From Octopus sinensis (lineage: Eukaryota), in NCBI RefSeq assembly GCF_006345805.1, contig NC_043002.1, positions 17,794,001 to 17,858,000 of the forward strand: 64,000 nucleotides of DNA, in the 5' to 3' direction. Within the stretch, counting starts at the first letter, position 1. Every line of letters begins with the position of its first letter. The notes under the pieces are model-generated. The model was given only the letters and a program-made list of their open reading frames with translations. It did no database searches and was not told where the DNA came from. Below, in pieces: positions 47,761 through 59,385 of this stretch. The position numbers and the translations under genes are program-made.

Positions 47761-50090
47761 CCGGAGTAAACACATAAATGTGAAACAAGGTGGAAAAAAG
47801 AGTACTCAAATACCAGTGGTAGAGTAATATGCTTTATTTTAAGCAGCAGAAAATTCAACAAAATCTGTTACTCTGAGTTTCTCGTTGCCGTTCATCAGAC
47901 AGTTTTTGCTAGATTGGAACTGATATATAAATTCAATCTATACTCTTACAAACGCTACACCTTTAAAAAGAAATGGACTTGTTTGATTGGCCCTTTAGAA
48001 AAAAACGGTCAATCTTCGAGCGATAAACAAAAAGGTCAAAGATATATGTATATATATATATAAAAAACTTATAAAAATTATATATAAAAACTTATAAAAA
48101 TTATAAAATCCGAGGAAAAACCATTGGCGTTAATGAAGACAGTGCAAATTAATGCATAGAAATTAAACCTGTTATAAATACTGCAATACATATTTATATT
48201 AAAATCTACATATATATATCAACATACACAAAAGGATGCGCGTAAACGCCATACATACATATACAGACGTATGAATATGAATCTAAATATACACATAAAA
48301 GCATGTGTACATATATTCACGCAAACCGTCTCGCACGCAAGCTAAAATTCATCTATGTAGCAATTCTCATATACTGGGCAAGGAGGGGGAACGAAAGAAA
48401 GGAGAGAGAGAAAAAAGAAACGAAGGAGGGGTGGGGAAAAAAACGGAATAAGCAGTGTAACGCTGTTATTGGCATCTATAGAGACCAGTATACATACACA
48501 AGTTTGAATGGATACATGTACATACCGTCGTGTATATGTGTGCTTAAGCACAAACATACTTTCACTTACACATACACAGATACGCATGCTTACAAATACA
48601 TATGCTTTGCTATACACATACTTATATAAACATTCTAATTTTGACAACATTGCTTTTTTTTAAAAAACATTGCTTTTAAAAAATGGGTGCATTAATAAAA
48701 ATATATACGAAAGACATATAAAATAAAATATAACATCCTATTTTGGGTCATTTATAAATAATCAAGGTAATATAAATAATCAAGGTAATCCTATGCAATA
48801 CAATAACATGAAAACAAAGTTTGTAGGTTTTTCCTAATATATATGTAGAAACATAAGACTTTGCTATACGGATTAAGATCCGCATTGCATGGAAACACAA
48901 TCCATCGTAGCGCTCAAGACTCAAAATCAAAATCAAAAATCAAAAATACAAAATATATACTCTATCCATATGGTATATTTATATTCGACATTTTAAATTT
49001 AGCCGCGTGCCTACATAAGTTCATTAACTCACTTCTTTGATTCAAAGAATTATTGTCTTTGAATAAGATATACATTTTCTCTAATAGACAAAGTCTGCAC
49101 TTGAAATTATTTTTGTAAGCTCCATGCCTGTATGGTGCCGCCCTGTCCAGAATGCTCCATGTCACGTTGAAAGGTGGGGCTTCCTTTTCTTTTAGTTCCC
49201 AGACATACTTTGCTAGGCTGGTTTTCTTCCTATTCTCTGGGTATTTAAATGAATTTTTATGAGATTAAAATCTTGTTTTAAATGAATTTTCTGAAGCCCC
49301 TGTGTATGTCTTGTATTCCGATGAGCCTTCCACTTGCACTTTGGCTCTATAAACTACTCCTTTCACTAGACATTTCCCTTCTAACGGACAGGAGCTTTCG
49401 TTTTTGAAATTACATTTCTTAATGGGCTCGGCACCATGTCTAATCTCAATTAGCTTCCTATTATGTTGGCTAATGTAAGAGGCGAAATTTCTGCAACAAG
49501 AATAGCTAACCTTTAGGGTTCTTCTATTAAATATTCTGTAGAATTTATGACCCTGCTTAAAATGCTTAGAGACTAATCTCAAAAATTCCTTACCTATATT
49601 AGTCTTTACGGCCAAATTTAAAGCCGGGTTGAACCACAAAACTTTCCTGGTCGTAGTTCTTCGTGCAGCATTATTATCAGCATTAAGCTGGTTGAACTGG
49701 ATCTTCTCCGAGAATCCACTATTCTTTAATGCGCTATCGTAATAAGGTGCAGCATTATGGAATGCTGCCTCGTCCGAAGAAATTGAAGATATTCTTCTAC
49801 CTACATTGTTGACTAAGTTGCTAAGGATAACTGGTGGATGGTTCGAATCTTTGCTAATATACGATAACTTTTCATTGGGCTTACGGAAAGGTTTAAATCT
49901 ATCCGATCTTACATTAAAATTTACGTCTAAAAAATCTACACTATTCAGGTTAGCATCTATCGTAACCCGTAAGCCCATCCTTTGAAAGAAAGCTATAAGG
50001 TCCTTCCTAAGTCTATCTGATTCATGGCCGTTTAGATTATGCGTGGCTATAAGGCCGTCATCCCTATATAAACCTGTTTATATAGGGTTT
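47761..50090 (-). mobile_element. 5'-truncated Penelope-like element (RT C-half, GIY-YIG, 3' UTR/pseudo-LTR)
   Basis: GLYRDDGL catalytic motif at ~50050-50075; ORF 49978-49265 (VDFLDV..YISKDSNHPP..WFNP..CPLEGKCL..VVY..YTG); tail CRLCLLEK..LNQRSELMNLCRH. The 3' extent is inferred from the hammerhead repeat. Confidence 0.88.
47860..47906 (-). ncRNA. Hammerhead fold, CUGAUGA core with 2 bp stem II
   Basis: AAAACUGU CUGAUGA A CG-GCAA-CG A GAA ACU-CAG-AGU A ACAG(A)UUUU. Confidence 0.6.
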
Positions 50091-50105
50091 ATATAGGGCT
50101 TATAT

Positions 50106-50180
50106 AAAACTGTCTGATGAACGGCAACGAGAAACTCAGAGTGACAGATTTTGTTGAATTTTCTGCTGCTTAAAATAAAG
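50106..50180 (+). mobile_element. Inverted 5' pseudo-LTR fragment with a hammerhead copy (GUG triplet)
   Basis: Nearly identical to the reverse complement of 47832-47906 and abuts the truncated 5' end of the PLE. Confidence 0.85.
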
Positions 50181-50184
50181 TATG

Positions 50185-50217
<33 letters not shown>

Positions 50218-50550
50218 GTATATATGTATATATATATGTATGTATATATATATGTATGTATATATATATGTAGTTATATATATATGTATGTATATATATG
50301 TATATATATATGTATATATATATGTATATATATATGTATATATATATGTATATATAATATATATGTATATATATATATGTATATATATATGTATATATAT
50401 ATGTATATGTATATGTATATATATATGTATATATATATGTATATGTATATGTATATATATATGTATATATATATGTATATGTATATATATATATGTATAT
50501 ATATATGTATATATATATATACATATATTTATTTATTTATTTATTTATTT
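50180..50550. repeat. (TA)n/(TATATG)n field
   Basis: Directly visible. Confidence 0.95.
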
Positions 50551-51075
50551 ATAAACACACATTATGGAATAGTAGAAGCCAACAAAAAGACCTTAATGAC
50601 CACTTGACAAGAGCAGAATTCTCATCAAATAGTGAATCACAATTTCAAGTATGTGGAGAAAGGAGATGTGGATCCTGCAACAAAAACAACTTTAAATACT
50701 TAGAAGCATTAAATACTTAGAAATATAATGTGGGAAGCTTCGCGCATAATATTCAAGAGAGGATTCTCGTTTATAAAGTAGATATGAACTGCAAAACGCA
50801 GCACTTCATAAACTGCATTAACTGCCCTAACTGCAGAGAAAATTATATTGGCGAAATAAATAATTCCATCTGCGAATGTGCAAGTATCCACAGGCAGCAT
50901 ATCCGAGGAGAGGAATTACGCGAGATTTTGTTAAGCAATCATCTGGAAATATTCAGAAACGGAAAATTCAAAGTCTTTCCCTTTTACAAATGTTCACGGG
51001 GATAACCCACAGTACCGAAAAGCAATGGAGCTAAACTTCATCAAAAAATTCTCCCCAAAACTGAATGTCTGAAAG
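50545..51075 (+). mobile_element. Penelope-like GIY-YIG endonuclease fragment (second family)
   Basis: [62 protein letters not shown]. Confidence 0.85.
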
Positions 51076-51160
51076 TAAAGTGGAGAATTTGCATTTTGAT
51101 TTTAAACGTAGCTCCAATATTGGAAATATGATCCACATTTCTATACATAATCAGGCATAT

Positions 51161-51218
<58 letters not shown>

Positions 51219-51499
51219 CAACAATCGAGGGTAAAATTAATTAATTATTAATCAATTTCACCAAGTATTCAGTATGTAAAGGGACCATTATAGGCGAATT
51301 CAAAATATTACATTATATATAAGGGCTTAGTAAAATAAATTACTTTGCCACATACTGAACTCATTAGAAATAGCAGCTAAAGAAATTTCTTCAGCTATTT
51401 CTAGTACTTAAAGAAGATCTCTCTCAGATAGTGTTTGCCTAAACTAACTCACAAAAGTATGGGGGAAAAAACATTAAAAAATCAAGTGCAAAGGTTATT

Positions 51500-51551
51500 T
51501 GAGAACGTACGTTTCTAGATTAGTCAATTCGACATTTCTTTCTTCAGCTCA
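51500..51551 (-). ncRNA. Hammerhead fold, CUGAAGA core (copy 1)
   Basis: Reverse complement of 52544-52595. Confidence 0.65.
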
Positions 51552-52056
51552 GAATTCCTTGAATCGGATTTGGGAACACCGAAAGTCGGGAGCATACCCT
51601 TTCGGCTTCTAATCACCTCTAGAATTCTGCTCGAACTAATAGTGCTATCAAATTCGAATATGCAAGCGAAGAATTTCTGCTCTCCCCTTTCCACCAGCGT
51701 GGGTTAAAATTGACAAACACCATGTATTAACGGTGAAAACCGCAGCATTTAGCAGAGAAAGGTGAATTATAATTTCAACAATTGAGGGTAAAATTAATTA
51801 ATTATTAATCAATTTCACCAAGTATTCAGTATGTAAAGGGACCATTATAGGCGAATTCAAAATATTACATTATATATAAGGGCTTAGTAAAATAAATTAC
51901 TTTGCCACATACTGAACTCATTAGAAATAGCAGCTAAAGAAATTTCTTCAGCTATTTCTAATACTTAAAGAAGATCTCTCTCAGATAGTGTTTGCCTAAA
52001 CTAACTCACAAAAGTATGGGGGAAAAAACATTAAAAAATCAAGTGCAAAGGTTATT

Positions 52057-52108
52057 TGAGAACGTACGTTTCTAGATTAGTCATTTCGACATTTCTTTCT
52101 TCAGCTCA
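52057..52108 (-). ncRNA. Hammerhead fold, CUGAAGA core (copy 2)
   Basis: As copy 1 with one loop substitution. Confidence 0.65.
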
Positions 52109-52543
52109 GAATTCCTTGAATCGGATTTGGGAACACCGAAAGTCGGGAGCATACCCTTTCGGCTTCTAATCACCTCTAGAATTCTGCTCGAACTAAAAGT
52201 GCTATCAAATTCGAATATGCAAGCGAAGGATTTCTGCTCTCCCCTTTCCACCAGCGTGGGTTAACATTGACAAACACCATGTATTAACGGTGAAAACCGC
52301 AGCATTTAGCAGAGAAAGATGAATTATAATTTCAACAATTGAGGGTAAAATTAAGTAATTATTAATCAATTTCACCAAGTATTCAGTATGTAAAGGGACC
52401 ATTATAGGCGAATTCAAAATATTCTTCGCTTGCATATTCGAATTTGATAGCACTTTTAGTTCGAGCGGAATTCTAGAGGTGATTAGAAGCCGAAAGGGTA
52501 TGCTCCCGACTTTCGGTGTTCCCAAATCCGATTCAAGGAATTC

Positions 52544-52595
52544 TGAGCTGAAGAAAGAAATGTCGAATTGACTAATCTAGAAACGTACGTTCTCA
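52544..52595 (+). ncRNA. Hammerhead fold, CUGAAGA core (copy 3)
   Basis: UGAG CUGAAGA [A AGA AAU GUC GAAUU GAC UAA UCU A] GAA AC-GUAC-GU U CUCA. Confidence 0.65.
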
Positions 52596-52939
52596 AATAA
52601 CCTTTGCACTTGATTTTTTAATGTTTTTTCCCCCATACTTTTGTGAGTTAGTTTAGGCAAACACTATCTGAGAGAGATCTTCTTTAAGTATTAGAAATAG
52701 CTGAAGAAATTTCTTTAGCTGCTATTTCTAATGAGTTCAGTATGTGGCAAAGTAATTTATTTTACTAAGCCCTTATATATAATATATATATATATATATA
52801 ACATTGGTATATTCTAACTTTACATATTTTTTTTAATTTGTAAATATTGTTTATTCATGTAGAGCATGAAATTGAAACAAAACTGGCTTTATTTTCCCAT
52901 ACGAAGCATCGACGTTACACAAAGTGCGAACGTATGGGA

Positions 52940-53310
52940 GAACTCGCATAGGGCTTCTTATCTGTTTTCTGACACCGTAAGGAAAGAAAACAATACACTA
53001 TTACTGTTGTTTCTGGTGATATTCATGCCGCAAACTAGCCGGATTGAAGGCCCCATAACATGGTTTCCGTGAGGTATATGATCTTTACGTAACCCGTATA
53101 GACTAGGAACATCGTTGTTGAATGCTTGGAAATTTTGTGCAGTTCATGAATATCACCAGAAATTATAGACCATCCTACTTCTTCTCACGGTATACGACCA
53201 CTCATTGAAATATCCCCATGAGTCTGTATGAGCAGGGAGGATCTCTTCAGTAGAATCAGTAGTTGCAACAATTCCAACGACCTCACAGGTTGTGTCGCGG
53301 GTAGTAACAA
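52940..53310. mobile_element. Rearranged Penelope RT fragment of the same family as 45180-45895
   Basis: 53015-53148 is colinear with 45598-45733; 53147-53305 is the reverse complement of ~45455-45615. Confidence 0.85.
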
Positions 53311-54126
53311 CATGATACTTCTCTCTATAACATTGGGTTTTATTTGTACTAATATTGTACTATTGTCTGTTCATGCAAAAAAATAAAATTAATTCAAACC
53401 TGGCTATATTTTTCAATGCAAATAATCGAAATTACACAGTTTAGACATAAACATATTTCCAAACACACGAACTCACAGGCATGCATGTGCACGCGCGCAC
53501 ACACACACATGTATACACACACACACACACACACGTAAATATATAAAATTTTCATAGATCCTCTTAACTTCCTTCTGGCGCCTTAAGAAAAAGAAAAAGA
53601 AAATGCTTTCTTGATGACCGTACCCCATCCTTTCTTCAGTATTCTCCCCATCCTAAAACTGACATCTTTGAGAGGTCGCCATTTCTGAACTCAGGTCAAT
53701 AGCTATACAATGGCAAATAACAAAAATAAATAAATAAATGGTAAGTAAATATCAAATTGAAAAGATATCCATCCCTCCTCCCTCTCTCTACCTATCTATC
53801 TGTCTTTATACCTCTCTCTCTCTCTCTCTCTATTTATCTATCTACCTATCTTCCTATCTATATTTCATTGTCCTGGAACCTCACCCCCTCCCAAAAATAC
53901 AAAAAGACAAAATAATGTTCTCTTCTAAACAAAACAAAATCCCCCTGATTTCTATACATTAACAACCTGTTTACACATTCACAGTTTTATTTGACTACCT
54001 CGAACACGAAAGAAAGCACTCATAACGAATAAATAAAAGAAAAACATCTTTTTCCAAAATTCTAGCTACCAAATTTTTTCTCAATATATAATATCTGTAC
54101 ACCACTTCCAAAATTCTATACATACA

Positions 54127-54170
<44 letters not shown>

Positions 54171-54172
<2 letters not shown>

Positions 54173-54886
54173 GTCACGTGTGGGACGAGTCGGTTTATCA
54201 GCTGAGTCTATCGTCAATATTGTCACGCCTCCTTCCTTCAAACGGGAAGGAAGAGCTATTTTCATCATCCTTGTGGCTATGGCGAAAGAATGTATCTGGT
54301 GGACGCGTCTGAAAGGATTGGAGACAAACACTTTCCTCTCTGGTCAATCTCTCATCAACTTCTTCAAGTACCACTTGAAAAGGAAAGTGAGAGTAGAGAG
54401 GCAAGTTTTGTCTAGCGAATGTTTTAAAAAAAGATGGGTGAATGTAGCAAGAATGGCACGTATGAATGACGAAGCCACCTTGAGCATAGTCCTATGAACC
54501 CAGAAATCGAAAACAGAGAGTTGCTTATTTGCAAAAAAAAAAAAAAAAAAAAGAATATAAAATGTGACTTCATTGACCGAGGTTACCGTGGTCTTTTCCG
54601 TAGGCTTTTCTTTCCACGGGTAAACCTCACCTGTCCTCCCCTTTACACTTCATATTGACATTTCTGTGATAACGATCCCTATTGATCAACTTTTTTCCTC
54701 TCCCCCTTTTTTTTTTTTTTTTTAACCCCCCCCCTTTTTTTGTCCTCTTTCTCTCCTTTTACGATCCCTTTTGATCGAAACTCCCCCTTCCTTTTTTTTT
54801 TTTTTTTTTTTAAACCTTCAAAAGAAAAGCTCTACCTTGTAATTTGTTCTATCTGTGTGCAGCCCTGTGTGGCTAATAAAGAAACA
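54171..54886 (+). mobile_element. 5'-truncated Tx1/L1-clade LINE (ORF2 C-terminus plus 3' UTR) inside a (TATC)n tract
   Basis: Open frame 54171-54497 ..ILVAMAKECIWWTRLKG..LINFFKYHLKRKVRVER..RWVNVARM..*; UTR hairpin 54579-54628; AATAAA at 54875; ACATATCTATC.. on both flanks. Clade call is from recall. Confidence 0.75.
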
Positions 54887-54962
<76 letters not shown>

Positions 54963-55007
54963 ATGTACGTATGTACGTATGTATGTATGTATGTATGTAT
55001 GTATGTA

Positions 55008-55262
55008 TCAGGTGGTCGGCGCAGAAATAAAAACCTCATAGGTAAATTTTACAAAATATTTCATAAATATGTACCTAATTATAACAAGGGATTGGCTATA
55101 CGCCTCACCACGCACTGCAAAAATAGACGCCACAAGATATTATTTCTACCGTAAAATTTCCGAGAGTCGTATAGCCAATCCCTTGTTATAATTATGTATA
55201 TAATTATAAAATATTTTGTAAAATCTACCTATGAGATCTGTATTTCCGCGCTGGCGATCTCA
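55008..55262. mobile_element. TA-flanked MITE with ~85-95 bp inverted arms
   Basis: 55019-55102 is the inverted repeat of 55168-55251; a third arm lies at 55625-55710. Confidence 0.8.
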
Positions 55263-55772
55263 TAAAATAATTAATGATTTTTATCCCTTATTACAATTAA
55301 TATTTGAAACATTTACTCCATGATCGAAACTGTATTAACTGCATTATACCCTAGACGTGGGTATAAAAGTAAGATGTGAATTCTACTTTGCAGTGTATTT
55401 CTAGGAGTGTGGATGGATATTGGTTATACGACGTCGCGGCTCGGATGCTTATTTTGAGATACTTGTAAATTTCTGCAATGGAATACCGCTGCTGATGATA
55501 TTAGTATGTAATATTTTTACTTTAAACTTGAAACAGGATCTGGTACACAGTTAACCATAGGTTTGATTCACTATCTTTCTTTTGCTTGCCTACAAGTTAA
55601 TATGTTATTCTCGGAGATTTTAAGGTAGTAATAGTGTCTTCTGGCATCTATTTTAACAGTGCGTGGTGAGGCGTATAGCCAATCCCTTGTTATAATCATG
55701 TATACAATTATAAAATATTATATATATATATATATATGTGTGTATGTGTGTGTGTATGTATGTATACATATA

Positions 55773-56172
55773 TTCTTTTATTCCTTTATTTATTTCAGTC
55801 ACTGCGGGCATGCTGGAGCACCGCCTTAAACAATTTTTAGTCGAAGCAATCGGCCCCAGGACTTATTCTTTGTAAGCGTAGTACTTATGCTATCGGTTTC
55901 CTTTGCCGAACTGCTAAGTTACGGAGGCATAAACATATCAAAATCGCTTGTCAAGCGATGGTATGGGGGGAACACAAACACACACAATTAAATATATACA
56001 TTGATATAAAGGCGATATGCTTCATTTAGTTTTCTTCTACTAGCGACACTCATAAAGGTTTGGTCTGCCCGAGGCTATATTGAATGACACTCACCTAAGT
56101 TCCCACGCAGTGGGACTGAATCCGAAACCATGTGAATGAGATGCAATATTCCTATCACGTAGCCACACCTGC
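55773..56172 (-). mobile_element. Diverged SINE family B
   Basis: CATGCTGGAGCACCGCC..CACGCAGTGGGACTGAATCCGAAACCATGTG. Confidence 0.85.
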
Positions 56173-56174
56173 AG

Positions 56175-56995
56175 CAACTTGTTGTAAAAGCGGGTAGTAA
56201 TTTTACCTTGAACTTATTGTTAGTAAAAGCTTTGAAGTTCGATTTTAACATTTATTTTTCGAAAGCTATAATGGCAGTGGCAAATGAGCATATTTGGTGT
56301 ATTTTACTTTGAGTTCAATAAAGACAACAACGCAATCGAAAGTTCGAGGAATATTAATGCAGTATATGGGGATCGGACAATAAGCTTGAGCCAATGTCAA
56401 CAGTGGTTCCAGAAATTCCGAGCCGGAAGACGAGCCTCGTCCTGGAATATTTCTAGAGCTCTACTTTGGTGGAAAAAAATCCCATCGCAACCGTTGAGGA
56501 ACTAGCAGAGAAGTTTGGATTTGGTCATTCAACAATGCATGGAAACCAGTGCTAAAAGAAAAATGAGCATCTTTAGTTTCAAGACGAAAACGAGCATCTT
56601 CGATTTCAAGTATCCATAATGATAATGCTCTGCCACATACAGTAAGGATGACATTCCAAAAGCTGGAGCTGTTTGAATGTGAAACGATGCCCCATCCACC
56701 ATATTCGCTGCACATTACCCCATCAGATCATCATTTATTCCGCAATCTTCAAAATCATTTGGAGGTAAAATACATGAATTCTGTAGACGTGGTAAGAACA
56801 GTACTGGAGGAGTATCTATTGTCACGGACAAGTGACTTTTTGAAGAGAGGCCTTGCAAGTATACCAGGTAGAGGGGAGAGCATTGTAGAAAATGAAGAAA
56901 AGTATATTTTAGATTCAAAGAAAACTTTTTCAAAATTAAGATAATTTTGAAAAATAGAAATATAAAAAAACCGCATTATTTATGGGATGAACCAA
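56175..56995 (+). mobile_element. Decayed, internally deleted mariner
   Basis: EFNKDNNA..RNINAVYG..QQWFQKFRAG; PHPPYSLHITPSDHHLFRNLQNHL; right TIR CCGCATTATTTATGGGATGAACCAA followed by TA. Confidence 0.9.
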
Positions 56996-57002
56996 TACGT
57001 AC

Positions 57003-57044
<42 letters not shown>

Positions 57045-57057
57045 TGTGTGTGTGTAC

Positions 57058-57345
57058 GCGGGCACATGGCTTAGTGGTTAGAGCAGTGGACTCGCGGTCG
57101 AGGGATCGAGGTTTCGAATCTCAGACCGGGCGATGTGTGTGTTTATGAGCGAAACACCTAAGCTCTATGCGGCTCTGGTAGAAGGTAATAGCGAAATTCT
57201 GCTGACTCTTTCGCCACAACTTTCCCTCTCTCTTTCCTCCGGCATCTTGCAGTTCAGTGGCGCCCCGTCCAGGTGGGGAACCTATACGCCAAGGAAACCG
57301 GGAAACCGGCCCTATGAGCCAGGTATGGCTTGAGAAGGAACAAAC
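57058..57345 (+). mobile_element. SINE family C, full copy
   Basis: tRNA-like head GGCTTAGTGGTTAGAGCAGTGGACTCGCGGTCGAGGGATCGAGGTTTCGAATC. Confidence 0.9.
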
Positions 57346-57349
57346 ATAT

Positions 57350-57560
57350 ATATATCTCGTTAATCCGAACTTGAACAAACAGAAAACACAACGCGAGGAC
57401 ATGGATCAAATACAGTGTTATTGGACGCTCAGGAAAGGAAAGAAAGAAGGACGATTTAACGTTTCGAGCAGAGCATTTCGTCAGAAACATAGAAAAAGGA
57501 AAGGTCCAATGAAGGGAAGACGGAGAAAGAAAATCGCCAATGATACTCACGCGGATATAC
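57350..57560 (-). mobile_element. Penelope-like pseudo-LTR with a decayed hammerhead (57454-57488)
   Basis: Reverse complement GUUU CUGACGA AAUGCUCUGCUC GAA ACGU U AAAU; downstream CCTGAGCGT motif shared with 47660. Confidence 0.6.
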
Positions 57561-57767
57561 ATATCTACATACATACATATCTTTCTCAATTTCCTGTTCT
57601 CTTTTCAATCGTTTATTATGTAATGGACTACAGTGCAAATCAGTGAGGCTCCTGCTGTACATTTAATCCTTAAACTAATCCATCTCTTATTGAACTAGTA
57701 CATTCCTGAGATGTTTTGTTGCTTTTGTGTTCCTAGCATTCTGAATATATAAATAAATAAATATATG

Positions 57768-57801
<34 letters not shown>

Positions 57802-58488
57802 TGTATGTATGTATGTATGTATGTATGTATATAAAGGTGTGCGTGTGTGTACGTGCGTTTTGTATGTATGTTTATTTGCACGCATATATTTATCTACACA
57901 ACCTTTTTTAATGAACATGAAAGATTTCGAAGATACGGAGGTGGGAAATACGTATGTATCCTTTAAATTTTAATGCGATATCAATAAATGATATTAAGAA
58001 ATGTTAATATATATATTATGAAGTACATTTCTTAAATGTGAGCTGACATTCAAAATAATGAATAGGACGTAGAAAGATATACGCTGTAAATTTGTATCAT
58101 AATTAATCTGACATTTACAATTATTCAAGCTTACACGTAATTACATACATATACACACACGCTCACACACACATACAAACACACGCACATACACACGCAC
58201 ACACAACACACACACGTATTTGTGTTTATGTGTGTATGTGTGCGCGTGTGCGTTTGTGCGCATGAGTGTATATGCGTGGCAGTTCTTTAAGTAGCACTTG
58301 ATGTACAGATATTCATAGAAATCCGTAGTATACATGTATATATGTATATGTATATCCATATGTACATATATATGCATACGTCTATATATATATATATATA
58401 CATGTATTTATATATATATATGTGGATATATATATATATATATACATATATATACACACATATATATATATATATATATTTATCTATG

Positions 58489-58520
<32 letters not shown>

Positions 58521-58904
58521 CGTGTGCGAATGTGTGTGTGTGCGTGTGTGTTAGCGTTGTGTACCACCACCGGTGTAGGCGTACTTGCGTCCCGGTAACT
58601 TATAGGTGCTGCAAAAAAGATAGAATAAAAGGTAGAAGATAAAATATATATTCATACATACGAACACAGACTTTTATTTATATGTATACACAACACAGCA
58701 CAGCACGGCACGGCACGGACCGGCACGGCGCGGCGCGACGCGACGCGACGCAATTAAAATTAAGAGATAACACCATGCTAGAGATATAAATAGACAAAGT
58801 ATATTTGCTATCTCTTTGTCTTTTCACCTTGTGCTGTATTTTGACTGCTATCTCTTATATACCCTTAATTATAATTCTAATAATGATTAATACCTATTTC
58901 TTTA

Positions 58905-58993
58905 TTACCCACAAGGGGCTAAACATAGAGGGGACAAACAAGGACAGACATAGGTATTAAGTCGATTACATCGACCCCAGTGCGTAACTGGTG
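58905..58993 (-). mobile_element. SINE family A 3' fragment
   Basis: CCCACAAGGGGCTAAACA..GTCGATTACATCGACCCCAGTGCGTAACTGG. Confidence 0.9.
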
Positions 58994-59089
58994 AATAATG
59001 ATTAATACCTATAAGGTTTTTATTCCCATGCTGGACACTTGATATGATCGGTATTTTAAATAACGATCTTATCCTTATTTATACAAAAA

Positions 59090-59125
<36 letters not shown>

Positions 59126-59139
59126 TGATGTAGTGACTT

Positions 59140-59385
59140 TTATTCTCTCACTGGACAGTGTTGTGTTTGTGAGCAACAAACTTTATTTCTCTCTGCTTCA
59201 GTTCACTCATCTGTAGAAATGAGCTACAGCATCACTGGTGGGTGCCAAGCTGTATCGATCTTTGCTTTTCCCTTACATAGCATCGGTGGCATGGAGAGAA
59301 GAGACTACACTGCATAGGCGACTGATGGTCACTCCCAAACAAACTTACACGGAGCTGTACCTTAGAATAGATATTTCTATGTGTT
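59140..59385 (+). mobile_element. Probable CORE-type SINE fragment
   Basis: CTTCAGTTCACTCATCTGTAGAAATGAG resembles the CORE/MIR motif CTCAGTTTCCTCATCTGTAAAATGG. Confidence 0.5.

Larger units (their letters stand above)
51214..52783. repeat. 557 bp unit x2 plus a partial third, then an inverted partial copy (PLE pseudo-LTR array)
   Basis: AATTTCAACAAT starts at 51214, 51771 and 52328 (period 557); 52421-52783 is the reverse complement of the unit interior. Confidence 0.93.

Noticed and set aside
54198-54404. Minus-strand 68 aa ORF
   Set aside because: Antisense frame of the Tx1 ORF2 tail.
57058-57135. tRNA-Arg-like gene
   Set aside because: It is the head of SINE family C, continues into SINE body, and its stems are degenerate.
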